Below are positions 24,213 to 33,306 of a stretch of 60,893 nucleotides of DNA, piece after piece. The stretch spans positions 1 to 60,893 of IMG/VR virus record IMGVR_UViG_3300035704_000009; one strand, 5' to 3'. This stretch comes from a virus. Lineage: Duplodnaviria; Caudoviricetes. The translations under genes and the position numbers were made by a program. Below the pieces are notes generated by a model, which worked only from the letters and a program-made list of their open reading frames with translations, was not told the DNA's origin and did no database searches. Each line of letters begins with the position of its first letter. Position 1 is the first letter of the stretch.

Positions 24213-24814
24213 CAGTTCCCGCCGTTCAGCTGGCTGCTGTGCGGCGCGCGGCGCGGGGAGTCAGCCAGTTCGCCCACGGTCGCGCCGATCAGCGACAGGA
24301 GCAGGGCGTCCGCCTCGGCGAGGCGCATCCCCGCGGAACTGCACTGGGAGCCGCCGCTCATGAATGGCTCAAAGATCTCCGGGCCGTAGTCCTTGTCCGG
24401 CTCCCCGAGCCGCTGGCCGAGACGCCGCAGGGCACTGCCCATGCCGGTAGTGGCCTGCGAAAGCGTGGCGGCCACGCGGCGGACGGCCTTGATGTCGCCA
24501 TGCGACGCCTCGGCCACCAGGGCGTCGATCGCGTACAGCAGGTCGCTCTGCGCACCACCCGCTGACGGTGTCCCGGCGGGAGCGCCGGTCTCGGGAGGAG
24601 GCAGCGTGGCCGGGGGCGGCGGGAGCGGCGCAGGGGGCGCGGCTGCTGCCGCGGCGGCCCCGGGGTCATCGGCGGGTGCTGTGGCCAGGCGGTCGCGGAC
24701 GCGATCCCACCACTGGAGCAGCGGCTCGAGGAAGGCAGCACCCTTCCCGCGGTACTGCCACCAGAGGAAGACCCCGGCGGCCAGGACGATGAGGATGACG
24801 AGGAACCAGCCCAT
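24212..24814 (-). CDS. Membrane-anchored protein coupled to traB (TraA-like position)
   Basis: N-terminal TM, Pro-rich linker, helical domain. Confidence 0.55.
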   Translation of the reverse strand: MGWFLVILIVLAAGVFLWWQYRGKGAAFLEPLLQWWDRVRDRLATAPADDPGAAAAAAAPPAPLPPPPATLPPPETGAPAGTPSAGGAQSDLLYAIDALVAEASHGDIKAVRRVAATLSQATTGMGSALRRLGQRLGEPDKDYGPEIFEPFMSGGSQCSSAGMRLAEADALLLSLIGATVGELADSPRRAPHSSQLNGGN

Positions 24815-24829
24815 GATTCAGTGCTCCCT

Positions 24830-24982
24830 TTAGTGTCCGACAGAGTGAACGGCGGTGACCAGCCACGACGGCAGCGGGAGGATCAGCGCGCCCGCCAGGG
24901 CCGGCGCGAAGCCGAGCCACGTCCAGCGGACGAGCACGACCCCCGCGCCGATGAGCGCGAGCGCCAGGACGGTGGCGGCCAT
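24830..24982 (-). CDS. Small membrane protein
   Basis: Manual translation, 50 aa hydrophobic: MAATVLALALIGAGVVLVRWTWLGFAPALAG... Confidence 0.5.
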   Translation of the reverse strand: MAATVLALALIGAGVVLVRWTWLGFAPALAGALILPLPSWLVTAVHSVGH

Positions 24983-25483
24983 TCAGTACCAGCCCAGTTT
25001 CAGTTCGTGAGCCCACGCCTGGCAGGGCGTGTGCGTGTGGTAGGGGGTGTCCGCGATGTATCCCAGGCCCCAACTGATCTGGGCGCGGGCGTCCGACTCC
25101 GGCGGGTTGGCCGGGCCGGCCGGGTACTGGTTCGTGGGGCCGTGACCGAGGGCCTGCGCGATTCCGTAGGCACCGGACTTCGGGTTCTCGGCCTTGCGTG
25201 ACCAGCCGGACTCGCGGGTCCATAGCCAGTCCAGGCAGTTCCACTGGGAGCCCGTCCAGCCCGACTGAGCAGCCATCTGCTTGCCCAGGGCGGCGTACCC
25301 GGTCGCGGGCGTGGCTGCGGCGGCAGGCGGGGCGTGGTGGTGGTGATGATGCGTGGCCTGCCCGAGGCCGGACGCCATGCCGGACGCCACGAGCACGGCG
25401 GCACCGATGGCGACCGGGCGGGGCACCGTACCGCGGGATGGCCGGTACCAGCTCCGGTAGCGGGCGCTGTAGCGGTAGGTCAT
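24983..25483 (-). CDS. Secreted lytic transglycosylase-like protein
   Basis: Signal/TM segment; WNCLDWLWTRESGW, SGAYGIAQAL, QISWGLGYI, final GWY. Confidence 0.85.
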   Translation of the reverse strand: MTYRYSARYRSWYRPSRGTVPRPVAIGAAVLVASGMASGLGQATHHHHHHAPPAAAATPATGYAALGKQMAAQSGWTGSQWNCLDWLWTRESGWSRKAENPKSGAYGIAQALGHGPTNQYPAGPANPPESDARAQISWGLGYIADTPYHTHTPCQAWAHELKLGWY

Positions 25484-25950
25484 GGTGTCACCGCCGCCTG
25501 CGTGCGGCGCGTGCGCGGGTGCAGGATGACCGTGACCATCAGCATCCCGCCGCAGAGCATCGCCACGTCAGCCAGGTTGAAAGCGAGGGGCAGGTGCGCC
25601 GGCCAGATCCAGTCCACGACGTAGCCGAAGAGGCGGCTCTCACCCTCGTTGCCGATGGCAGCGCCGGCCAGCAGCCCGAGAGCCACCGCCCGCCGCGCTC
25701 CCGGCTGGCGCCGGGTGAGGAACGCCAGGACTGCGATCTGCACGGCGGCACCGACTGCGAACACGTCCGGGGCGATCGTCCCCGCGCCCAGGCCGCCAAT
25801 GACGCCGTTGTTGTGCACCACCTGCAGCGCCCACCCGCCGGGCAGGAAGACGGGCCCCCGCCAGGCGGACAGCGCCACGGCGATGAGCTGGGTGAACGCG
25901 TTGACGGCAGCCACGAGCGCGGCGACGGTGAACAGCAGTCGGTACCTCAT
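25480..25950 (-). CDS. lspA: Signal peptidase II (lipoprotein signal peptidase)-like
   Basis: NNGVIGG, GAAIGN, YVVDWI, FNLADV (both catalytic Asp present); four TM segments. Confidence 0.8.
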   Translation of the reverse strand: MRYRLLFTVAALVAAVNAFTQLIAVALSAWRGPVFLPGGWALQVVHNNGVIGGLGAGTIAPDVFAVGAAVQIAVLAFLTRRQPGARRAVALGLLAGAAIGNEGESRLFGYVVDWIWPAHLPLAFNLADVAMLCGGMLMVTVILHPRTRRTQAAVTP

Positions 25951-26240
25951 TGCGCGTACCACTCGCCGGTCTTGGGGTCTGGGGGGTGACCCATCCCCTT
26001 CTGTGTCCAGAGCGTGCGCTTGTGCCACTTCGTCGCGAGACGGCCAACCTTCATGCCGGCGAAACCTCCCGGCATCCCAGGCGCGGTGAAGTCCGCGCCG
26101 GTCGCATACAACTCGTCGCGGAACTCCACGGCCTGCCGCTTCAGCCTGAGGCCGTAGGCGATGACCGGGATGCCCGAGGATGCCTGCACCACCTTCCAGC
26201 CGGTGCGGACCTTGCGGATCTCCAGCGGGTGAGCCGCCAT
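25947..26240 (-). CDS. Hypothetical protein
   Basis: 97 aa, coupled on both sides. Confidence 0.6.
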   Translation of the reverse strand: MAAHPLEIRKVRTGWKVVQASSGIPVIAYGLRLKRQAVEFRDELYATGADFTAPGMPGGFAGMKVGRLATKWHKRTLWTQKGMGHPPDPKTGEWYAQ

Positions 26241-26428
26241 CAGCGGGTCACCCCCACCAGCGCGGCGGTGAGGATGGACAGGACGCCCAGGGTGAAGGGG
26301 ATGCCGCTGCCGGTCGCAGCGCCGAGCATGATCAGCAGGGCACCGATGGCGACCAGGGAAGGTACCGGGCTCAGCCTGCGGCGCTTCCGCTGAGGCTGGC
26401 TGGCGCGGGGGGCGGTCCGGGTGGCCAT
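26240..26428 (-). CDS. Small 2-TM membrane protein
   Basis: Basic N-terminus, then two hydrophobic helices. Confidence 0.55.
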   Translation of the reverse strand: MATRTAPRASQPQRKRRRLSPVPSLVAIGALLIMLGAATGSGIPFTLGVLSILTAALVGVTR

Positions 26429-26550
26429 CAGCCTGTCACCCCCGCGAACACGGCCAAACTGGCGGCGAGCATGATCAGCACCAGCACTGCGCCAACGATC
26501 ACCTGTCCGTTGCCACGGTCGGGATTCCAGGTCAGCAACAGGACGAGCAT
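26428..26550 (-). CDS. Small membrane protein
   Basis: Manual translation: MLVLLLTWNPDRGNGQVIVGAVLVLIMLAASLAVFAGVTG. Confidence 0.45.
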   Translation of the reverse strand: MLVLLLTWNPDRGNGQVIVGAVLVLIMLAASLAVFAGVTG

Positions 26551-26553
26551 GGG

Positions 26554-27111
26554 TCACGCACCTCCTGGGCGGGCGTAGCCGAGCGGGTCTGTGTCCCCGG
26601 GGGCGGACGCCGGGGTGCCGTACTGGGAGATCCGGATGGCGAAGCCCGTCGCGTAGGCCTCGATCATCGTGTGGCGGCCGATCACCAGCCCGACATGGCC
26701 AGGCGAGGTCGTCGTGCCGTCCGATCCGGCGAAGAACACGAGGTCGCCGGGCTCCTGCTGGCCGGAGGGGATGTGCGGCAGGCCAGTCCACTGCTCCTCC
26801 GAGGTACGCAGGCCGGGCGGGAGACCATAGGCCTCGTACGGCAAGCCGGAGCAGTCGTAACAGGACGGCCCGGTGCCGCCCCAGCAGTACGGGAGCCCGA
26901 GCCGGTGCCGCTCATACCTGATCGCCTGCGCCGCCGCTGCCGACCGCGCCGGGGACCCGTGGTGATGATGGGTCCCGGCGCGGGCGGTCACGGCGTGGCT
27001 GGCCCCCGCGAGCGCAGCAGCCACGCCGACAGCCACTACCGCCTTACCGAGCGGCATGGAGCCGCGCCGGTAACGCCGCAGGTAACGGCGGGGAGGGCGG
27101 TACGCGGGCAT
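26554..27111 (-). CDS. Secreted NlpC/P60 cell-wall peptidase
   Basis: LGLPYCWGGTGPSCYDCSGL, PGDLVFF, GHVGL. Confidence 0.92.
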   Translation of the reverse strand: MPAYRPPRRYLRRYRRGSMPLGKAVVAVGVAAALAGASHAVTARAGTHHHHGSPARSAAAAQAIRYERHRLGLPYCWGGTGPSCYDCSGLPYEAYGLPPGLRTSEEQWTGLPHIPSGQQEPGDLVFFAGSDGTTTSPGHVGLVIGRHTMIEAYATGFAIRISQYGTPASAPGDTDPLGYARPGGA

Positions 27112-27117
27112 GGGGGC

Positions 27118-27357
27118 TTACCTTCCGTTGGTGCGGGTGGCGTAGCCGAACCCGCCAGACTTCTGGTCCTGCTGCTTCCTGCTGCGCGTAATGGCGCACA
27201 GGATCAGGCAGGCGATGATGGCGGACACGATGACGAGTCCGGTCGTGGTCTCCTTGGCCGTCTGGGTTGCGTTCGCGAAGGCCTTCGACTCCATGTACGC
27301 GCCGAGCGCAAAGGCCGCGCCGAACGCCGGGAGCATCCTGAAGATGGTTCTCACCAT
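27118..27357 (-). CDS. Small 2-TM membrane protein
   Basis: MVRTIFRMLPAFGAAFALG...LVIVSAIIACLILCAI. Confidence 0.55.
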   Translation of the reverse strand: MVRTIFRMLPAFGAAFALGAYMESKAFANATQTAKETTTGLVIVSAIIACLILCAITRSRKQQDQKSGGFGYATRTNGR

Positions 27358-27364
27358 GGGGTTT

Positions 27365-27622
27365 TCACCTCCCCTCGTCTTCGTCGGGAGCGGGGCCCAC
27401 AGTCCAGGCGGCGCCTGAGTCGGGCACATCGTCGGTGTACTCGTCCAGGTCAGGACGGGCCGGGGGAAGTGCTGGCTGGGCGTCGGTGATGCAGACCGCG
27501 TGGATGACCTCAGCGGGCGGTACGGGACGGCGGGCGAGGCGGGCCAGGTACAGCACGCCGAGGACCACGGCCCAGACGCCCAAGCCGAGGCCGAGCACGA
27601 CCGGCCAGGGGAGACCCTTCAC
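27365..27622 (-). CDS. Membrane-anchored hypothetical protein
   Basis: GTGA-coupled; WPVVLGLGLGVWAVVLGVLYL. Confidence 0.5.
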   Translation of the reverse strand: MKGLPWPVVLGLGLGVWAVVLGVLYLARLARRPVPPAEVIHAVCITDAQPALPPARPDLDEYTDDVPDSGAAWTVGPAPDEDEGR

Positions 27623-27852
27623 GCTGCTGCCCTCCGTGCCCACCTGCGGGCCGCGGCGGCCTTCCGCGAGGCCTGTGAAGGCCGGACGACCGCCGAGCTG
27701 AGGTGAAGCCAGCCACGGCAGCGGTAGACGTACATCCGGGTGGACGGGTAGAGCAGGCGACCTGCGGTCTTCGCACCGCGCCGGGAGCGGTAGCGCCACT
27801 TGCCGCAGTCCGGGCAGCGGCCATGCTGGAGATGCGCCACGGGGCTCATCAC
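27619..27852 (-). CDS. Small basic Cys/His protein
   Basis: CPDCGK.RYRSR..A...YRC...HL. Confidence 0.55.
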   Translation of the reverse strand: MMSPVAHLQHGRCPDCGKWRYRSRRGAKTAGRLLYPSTRMYVYRCRGWLHLSSAVVRPSQASRKAAAARRWARRAAA

Positions 27853-28196
27853 ACGGCCTCGCGCTTCATCCGGCGCCGCTCGCGCTCCGACAATCCACCC
27901 CAGATGCCGAAGGCTTCGCTGTGCTCAAGCGCGTACTCCAGGCATTCCACGCGGACCTCACAGCCCCGGCAGACCTTCTTGGCCTCCCGGGTGGAGCCAC
28001 CCTTCTCCGGGAAGAAGGCCTCCGGATCGGTCTCTGCACAGAGCGCCTTGTCCTGCCAGCCCGGATCCTCGGCGTCGTCTGCGCCGATCCCGAACCCAAC
28101 GGGGGCCAGCGGGACAATGACGTCGGTGACGACGCTTAGCAGGGGACCGGCCGCGCCGTCGCTCCACTGGAGACCGGGACGGATGCGGGCGGTCAC
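27849..28196 (-). CDS. whiB: WhiB-family Fe-S transcription factor
   Basis: WQDKALCAETDPEAFFPEKGGSTREAKKVCRGCEVRVECLEYAL...GIWGGLSERERR, very close to canonical WhiB/WhmD. Confidence 0.95.
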   Translation of the reverse strand: MTARIRPGLQWSDGAAGPLLSVVTDVIVPLAPVGFGIGADDAEDPGWQDKALCAETDPEAFFPEKGGSTREAKKVCRGCEVRVECLEYALEHSEAFGIWGGLSERERRRMKREAV

Positions 28197-28876
28197 AGCA
28201 ACCCCTTCCGGCGGAGGAACATCAGGGCGCCGAGCACGACGGCGGCGATGATGGCGTCCGGGACGTACTTGCGGGCCTTCGCGGGGATCAGCTGCCCCTT
28301 CGGGTGCTTGCCCGCACTGGCTGCCGGGTGGGCGGACTTCGCGGGACTGGCCTGCTTCACGCCCGGGGTCACGCAGGCGGCGTGCCGGGCCGGGCTGCCG
28401 ACCTTGGCGACGGTGAACTCCAGGTAGGTGAACGCCTCGGCGCCGAAGTTGGCCTTGCCCGCGGTGCCGCTCCCGGCAGGGGCCGCGCCGATCCAGGCCA
28501 CGTAGCGGCCTGGGGCAGCCGCGGAGGGCACGGCCAGCGAGGCGGGGACGGGCGCCGTGGCGCCGGGACCGAGAGGCACCGAGGACTGGCTGAGCACCAG
28601 CCACTTGCGCGGGTAGGTGAACGTCACCCACGACGGCGGGACCGGCCTGCCGGGCATCGTGCCGTGGCCTGCGGGCTTCTGGATGTGCAGGGCGATGCTC
28701 TCGCCGCCGCTGCCGGTGTCCTGCACGGTGACCGGCGGGAGGGCGCGGGCAGCCCCCGGGTGGATCGTCGTGGCGAGGCACACCGGGCCCGGCTGTATGC
28801 CGGTACCGGTACTGGCCGGGCTGCCCGCGAGGGCGAGCATTGCCGGGACGGACGCGAGCGCCTGGAGGCCGGTCAT
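28193..28876 (-). CDS. Surface-exposed beta-rich protein with C-terminal TM anchor
   Basis: Signal-like N-terminus; C-terminal AIIAAVVLGALMFLRRK. Confidence 0.6.
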   Translation of the reverse strand: MTGLQALASVPAMLALAGSPASTGTGIQPGPVCLATTIHPGAARALPPVTVQDTGSGGESIALHIQKPAGHGTMPGRPVPPSWVTFTYPRKWLVLSQSSVPLGPGATAPVPASLAVPSAAAPGRYVAWIGAAPAGSGTAGKANFGAEAFTYLEFTVAKVGSPARHAACVTPGVKQASPAKSAHPAASAGKHPKGQLIPAKARKYVPDAIIAAVVLGALMFLRRKGLL

Positions 28877-29152
28877 GACGCATCACCTGCGGGGATGGGG
28901 ACGCAGCGGGGCGCCCTGGCATAGGAAGGCACCCGGTTGGGTGCACGCCCCGCTGCGCCGTTCGTGGGGGTCATCAGGCGGCGTCCTGGAGGGCGCGACG
29001 AGGACGCGCGAGCCCAGTTGCCGCACGCCTCGCCGCGCCGCTTATGGGGGCAGCAGGACGAGGATGGAGGGCCTCGTACAGCGCTACCCAGGCGTCATGC
29101 TCGGTGTCCCGGCCGGCCTCAACCCAGGCGGTCACGGGATCGGTGGTGGCCA

Positions 29153-29396
29153 TCACACGCCACCGCCGGCTTTCAGGGACCGGAACGCCTCGCGCTCGGC
29201 CGGGGTCCACAGCCGGGCGGCGAGGGCCTCGCAGGCGATCTCGTCGGAGCGGCGGACTGCGGCGGTGATGATCGCATCCGGACGCGGAGCGAGGTGGCCG
29301 GTGACCATCTCGCGGCGCAGGCTGGCCATGAAGACGTCAAAGCGGGAGCGGCGTGGGTGGCGGAGACGGGTGGCGATGTAGGGCAGGATGCTCATG
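29153..29396 (-). CDS. Hypothetical protein
   Basis: MSILPYIATRL...; operon orientation. Confidence 0.45.
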
Positions 29397-29490
29397 GCGA
29401 TTCCGGGCCTTCGTGAGAGGTTCGGGGCTGCTGGAGCCCCCGCGTAGCCGCTCGAACGGCTGCCGGGGGCGTAATTCGTTACGGGGGTCA

Positions 29491-29700
29491 TCAGGCCACC
29501 GCCTCGGCCAGTTCGGCCCTGAGGGCCAGGACGTCGGCCTCGCGGTAGCGGCCATGGCCGCCAGCAGTGCGCTGGACCGGCTTGAGCACGCCTGCCTTGC
29601 GGTAGTTCCAGAGCGTGGTCGCGCAGATCCCGAGAAGCGCCTGGACCTCGATGGGCCGCAGGAGCTTCTCACCGAGAGCGAGCCCTGAAAGTTTCGGCAT
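29491..29700 (-). CDS. BldC-like MerR-family HTH protein
   Basis: EKLLRPIEV...AGVL...RTAGGHGRYREADVLAL mirrors the BldC/Xis pattern. Confidence 0.8.
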   Translation of the reverse strand: MPKLSGLALGEKLLRPIEVQALLGICATTLWNYRKAGVLKPVQRTAGGHGRYREADVLALRAELAEAVA

Positions 29701-29852
29701 GTCCGTCCGTATCGCAGCGGTTGATCGTTTTGAACGTCTGAAGACACTGTTCCACTCTCTAGTCAGACTGTCAAGAAGGGAAGGCGAGGGCGTGTGCTGT
29801 ACCGTGTCTGCTGAGTGTGCAGTGATGCGCAGAGTGCCGGAGGGACGTGGAT

Positions 29853-30257
29853 GTGAGCAGGCAGGGCGTGCCGATATACCGGCGCACCGCAGACGAGATC
29901 CTCGCCATGATCGCGTCTGGCAAGCTCGGGCAGGAGTTCACTGTCCCCGAGGCGGCGAAGCTCGCCGGGGTGAAGGACTGGGCCGCGCGGAAGGCTGCGG
30001 AGCACCTCGCGGAGCGGGGGCTCATCGAGCCCTATCAGGGGTCCGGGTACCGCTCGCTGGTCACGCCCGAGGAAGCGGCGGCCAGCAGCGTGGACGACCG
30101 GCCCATGCGGGAGCAGGTCACCGAGCTCCAGAAGGAACTGGCCGAACTGCGCCAGAGGACCGGGCGCATCGAGGCCCGCCTGGCAACCCTCGCCGGGCAG
30201 TCGCGCGGAGGCAAGCGTGAGCAGGCAAACACGGCAGCCAGCGATGGCCGGCGGTAG
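29853..30257 (+). CDS. GntR-like winged-helix regulator with coiled coil
   Basis: PIYRRTADEILAMIASG...ARKAAEHLAERGLIEPYQGSG; divergent from the BldC-like gene. Confidence 0.75.
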   Translation: MSRQGVPIYRRTADEILAMIASGKLGQEFTVPEAAKLAGVKDWAARKAAEHLAERGLIEPYQGSGYRSLVTPEEAAASSVDDRPMREQVTELQKELAELRQRTGRIEARLATLAGQSRGGKREQANTAASDGRR

Positions 30258-31020
30258 CGCCGAGGTCGTCAGCATCGGGATCGGCGGCAACCGCCGGCCC
30301 GACTACTCCCGCATCGCCTGCGGCCAGGTGGCCGCAGCACGCCATCAGCTCGGCCTGGACCGTGAGGACTTCGCCCGGTACATCAGGGAAGTGACCGGCT
30401 GGGATGTGCTGCCGGAAGGCATCGAGGCGTGGGAAGACAACGTGACGCCCCCCGGTGACGTGGTGCTCGCCTGCTCGGACGCCGTGGCGGGGATGCTCCC
30501 CCTCGCGCCGCCGCTGCTGGCCGCGGTGCCGCCCGCCTTCCCCGCTGAGGCACTCTCCGGGCCCTGGGTGACCAGTTACGGGTTCATGCACGCCGGGCGA
30601 CCGCACTACCACGCGGACGTTGCCTGGATCAGCGCCGAGTCCGAGAGCCGGGTCCGGGCCGTGAACCATCCGCCCGAGCCCCGCAGCCAGGGCCGCGGGC
30701 GGCCATTCCGCAACGAGATCGAGGCCCGGCTCGCCGGCCGCCATCTCGTCGGCGAGTGGGCGAACACGTCTGACACCCGCTACTGCGGGAGCCTGCAGCT
30801 GGCCGTCCTTCCCGGCGAGATGGTCATGGAGGGCCACTACACCGGGGTCGGCTCAGACATCGAGGTCTCGCAGGGCATCTGGAAGTGGGTCCGGCTCGAG
30901 CCGGACCCCGGCCTTAAGGGGATCATCCTGCGGGAGCCGGCCGGACTGCATGACCTTGTGATGTCACATTCGCAACCTGACGTGCCCCTGACCCTGGCCG
31001 ACGTGAGAGAGGACGCCTGA
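30244..31020 (+). CDS. XRE-like HTH protein with C-terminal beta-rich domain
   Basis: ARHQLGLDREDFA...IEAWED; C-domain of beta strands. Confidence 0.65.
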   Translation: MAGGSAEVVSIGIGGNRRPDYSRIACGQVAAARHQLGLDREDFARYIREVTGWDVLPEGIEAWEDNVTPPGDVVLACSDAVAGMLPLAPPLLAAVPPAFPAEALSGPWVTSYGFMHAGRPHYHADVAWISAESESRVRAVNHPPEPRSQGRGRPFRNEIEARLAGRHLVGEWANTSDTRYCGSLQLAVLPGEMVMEGHYTGVGSDIEVSQGIWKWVRLEPDPGLKGIILREPAGLHDLVMSHSQPDVPLTLADVREDA

Positions 31021-31022
31021 CG

Positions 31023-31436
31023 GTGCCGACCAAGGATGAAGCCCGCGAAGTCCTGGACACCTACATCCGGGCGTGGGAGACGCAGGACCCCAGCCTGATA
31101 GTGACGATCTTCACCGAGGGCGCCACCTACGCCGAGCGGGTGATGGGGGATCCGATCCCGGACCGCGAGGCGATCCGCGCCTACTGGGAGACCAAGGTCG
31201 TCCAGGATCAGGCGAACATCCAGGTCGAACTGCTGAACGTCTACCTGGATGGCGAGACGGTGATCGCCGAGTGGCTCGCGGAATTTGACGACATGGCCCA
31301 GGGCGTGCGCAAGCGCATGCAGGAGATCGCGGTGCTTGAGTTCGAGGGCGGCCTGATCGCGAGCCTGCGGGAGTACTGGGCGTCCGAGCAGGTCGGGCAC
31401 CTGGCCCCGGCCCTGGGCAACGGGAACGCGCGCTAG
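31023..31436 (+). CDS. SnoaL/NTF2-like protein
   Basis: YIRAWETQD...IFTEGATY...REAIRAYW...GLIASLREYW. Confidence 0.85.
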   Translation: MPTKDEAREVLDTYIRAWETQDPSLIVTIFTEGATYAERVMGDPIPDREAIRAYWETKVVQDQANIQVELLNVYLDGETVIAEWLAEFDDMAQGVRKRMQEIAVLEFEGGLIASLREYWASEQVGHLAPALGNGNAR

Positions 31437-31507
31437 CGCCCCGGGTAGGCATCCTCTCCCCGCCGCGCCCCTATGCAGCGCCGCCTTCATGACGGAGAGT
31501 GGCGGGC

Positions 31508-31873
31508 ATGGCAAACGTGTGGCTGAAAGCACTGGACGGGCAGGTCATCCGCGCCGAGCGGATCACTGCGCTGACCGCGGCGAGGGTGCCGCGCCAGGGC
31601 TGGACCGTGATCGCGGAACTGGGCCGCGGGCGGCCGGTGCACCTGGCGGCGCTGGGGCTGGGCGGCCGGGCGAGAGGTGGCGCGCACCGGCTCTGCAATG
31701 AGCTGCCGCAGGCGATCACCGCAGCGGACAAGGGCGTCACTGTGGCGTTCGTCCGGGCCGGCTACCCGAAGGGCGGAGGACAGTGGTCGACTCTGGCCGC
31801 CCCGCTCGCGGCGGTGCGGAAGATCCCTGTGACGCCACCGGGGGAGCCCCGGCAGCGACGGGGCACTGGCTGA
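31508..31873 (+). CDS. Hypothetical protein
   Basis: MANVWLKALDGQVIRAERITAL. Confidence 0.6.
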   Translation: MANVWLKALDGQVIRAERITALTAARVPRQGWTVIAELGRGRPVHLAALGLGGRARGGAHRLCNELPQAITAADKGVTVAFVRAGYPKGGGQWSTLAAPLAAVRKIPVTPPGEPRQRRGTG

Positions 31874-31882
31874 GCGCGTGGC

Positions 31883-32131
31883 CTACTCCCGCTGAGGCCT
31901 GTCCTCGGGATACGTGGGAAAGACGCCCAGCCCCCTCACCGAGCGCGTCAGCCCCTCTTCCCGCAGGACATCCATGGCCTTTTGAGCGGTGTTGGCCGCG
32001 ACCTGGTATTCGGCTCGCAGCGCCCGCTTGCTGGGCAGGGGCTGCGTGGGCGGGATCTCGCCGGAGAGGATTTTCTCCCGCAGGATCCCGGCCAGCTGGA
32101 CATACAGCGGGACATCACTTCGCTCAACCAT
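31883..32131 (-). CDS. GntR-family repressor (wHTH only; KorSA/TraR-like)
   Basis: PLYVQLAGILREKILSGE...LPS...AQKAMDVLREEGL...GLGVF. Confidence 0.9.
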   Translation of the reverse strand: MVERSDVPLYVQLAGILREKILSGEIPPTQPLPSKRALRAEYQVAANTAQKAMDVLREEGLTRSVRGLGVFPTYPEDRPQRE

Positions 32132-32301
32132 GGCGGCACCGCAGGCGTGCCGGTGAGGATGCCAGATCGCTGGGCTCGATCTTCATCATGGCCGCAAACT
32201 GTAGGGCTACTCCGGGGCATCGCCTACTTACCCCTCGTCACTCTGGGTTAACCCGGGACAACCTACTGGCGTCCGCGATATGCGGGGTTTACCCTGCTGG
32301 A

Positions 32302-32679
32302 GTGGATGCAGCCATGGGGAGGCGCCCGTCCCCGCGCGATAGCCGGGAACAGGCGGGCAGTGAGACGGCAGGCGCGGATTACGATGTGGCGGCGGCCCGG
32401 CCCGCTGCGGCTGCATCCGGGAGCGGCCGGGCCGTCCCGGACCCCCTCGCTGATGCGCTGGAACTGGACGAGGCGGTCACGAGGGACTGGATGGACACCG
32501 CCCGGGACATCTCCATCGACTTCCCCGGCTGGGACATCGGCCATGACCTGCAGGGCTACGTGGCGGGCCGGCGTGATGAGCGGACCGGGGACTGGGACAT
32601 CGCCCGCGCGGCCAGCCCGGACGGGCTGCGGGCCATCCTCGGCGCGAAGCGGCTCCCGCCCGGGGACGGTGCGCGGTGA
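32302..32679 (+). CDS. Hypothetical protein
   Basis: TACCCT 6 nt before GTG; C-terminal FPGWDI...AASPDGLRAIL. Confidence 0.5.
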   Translation: MDAAMGRRPSPRDSREQAGSETAGADYDVAAARPAAAASGSGRAVPDPLADALELDEAVTRDWMDTARDISIDFPGWDIGHDLQGYVAGRRDERTGDWDIARAASPDGLRAILGAKRLPPGDGAR

Positions 32680-32981
32680 GCGAGGCCTTCACGGCCCGCT
32701 GGGAGCGGGGGAGCACGGCGCTGGCCGTGTCCTGCCCGCACGGGCGGGCCTGGGCCTATCCCGTCGTCCCGGTCGGCGATAAGCCCCTGCCGCACTTCCT
32801 CTGGGATACCCCCTGGATGGTGTGCCCCGGCGGCGGGTGGAGCAGTGACGACGACATCACCTGGACGGCCGCGGTGGTCCCCGTGTCCAGCGCCGCGGCG
32901 GCGGAACTGTTCGCCCCGGACAGTGCGCTCTTACCTCCGGGCCAGCCGACAGTGGCCCGCGCGGGAACGTATCCGGGCTGA
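32676..32981 (+). CDS. Hypothetical protein
   Basis: GTGA-coupled 101 aa ORF. Confidence 0.5.
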   Translation: MSEAFTARWERGSTALAVSCPHGRAWAYPVVPVGDKPLPHFLWDTPWMVCPGGGWSSDDDITWTAAVVPVSSAAAAELFAPDSALLPPGQPTVARAGTYPG

Positions 32982-33306
32982 GAAGCTCCTAAGATCATCG
33001 CCGCCAGGGCAGCACCGGCGGGCAGAGACGTCACGGCGGGGGCGGCAAGCGGACCCCTGGGCTATGGGATAACGCGAGCCGCTCCCCGCCGTGGCATTTT
33101 TCCAGACCTGTAACTTTCCCGGCACGCGGAGTAAACCTTTCGCTAAAATCAGGCGTCTTATCCTGTAACCCAGCCCAGGGGAAACAGGGGCCACGCGGCC
33201 GTCACCGCGCCACTCACGGCGCATGGCGTGCACGGGGCCCCGCAGTATTGCGGTATGAGAGCGATCACGCGCGCCCGGGCAGTCGGCCGCGCCCTGGGGA
33301 GGAACT

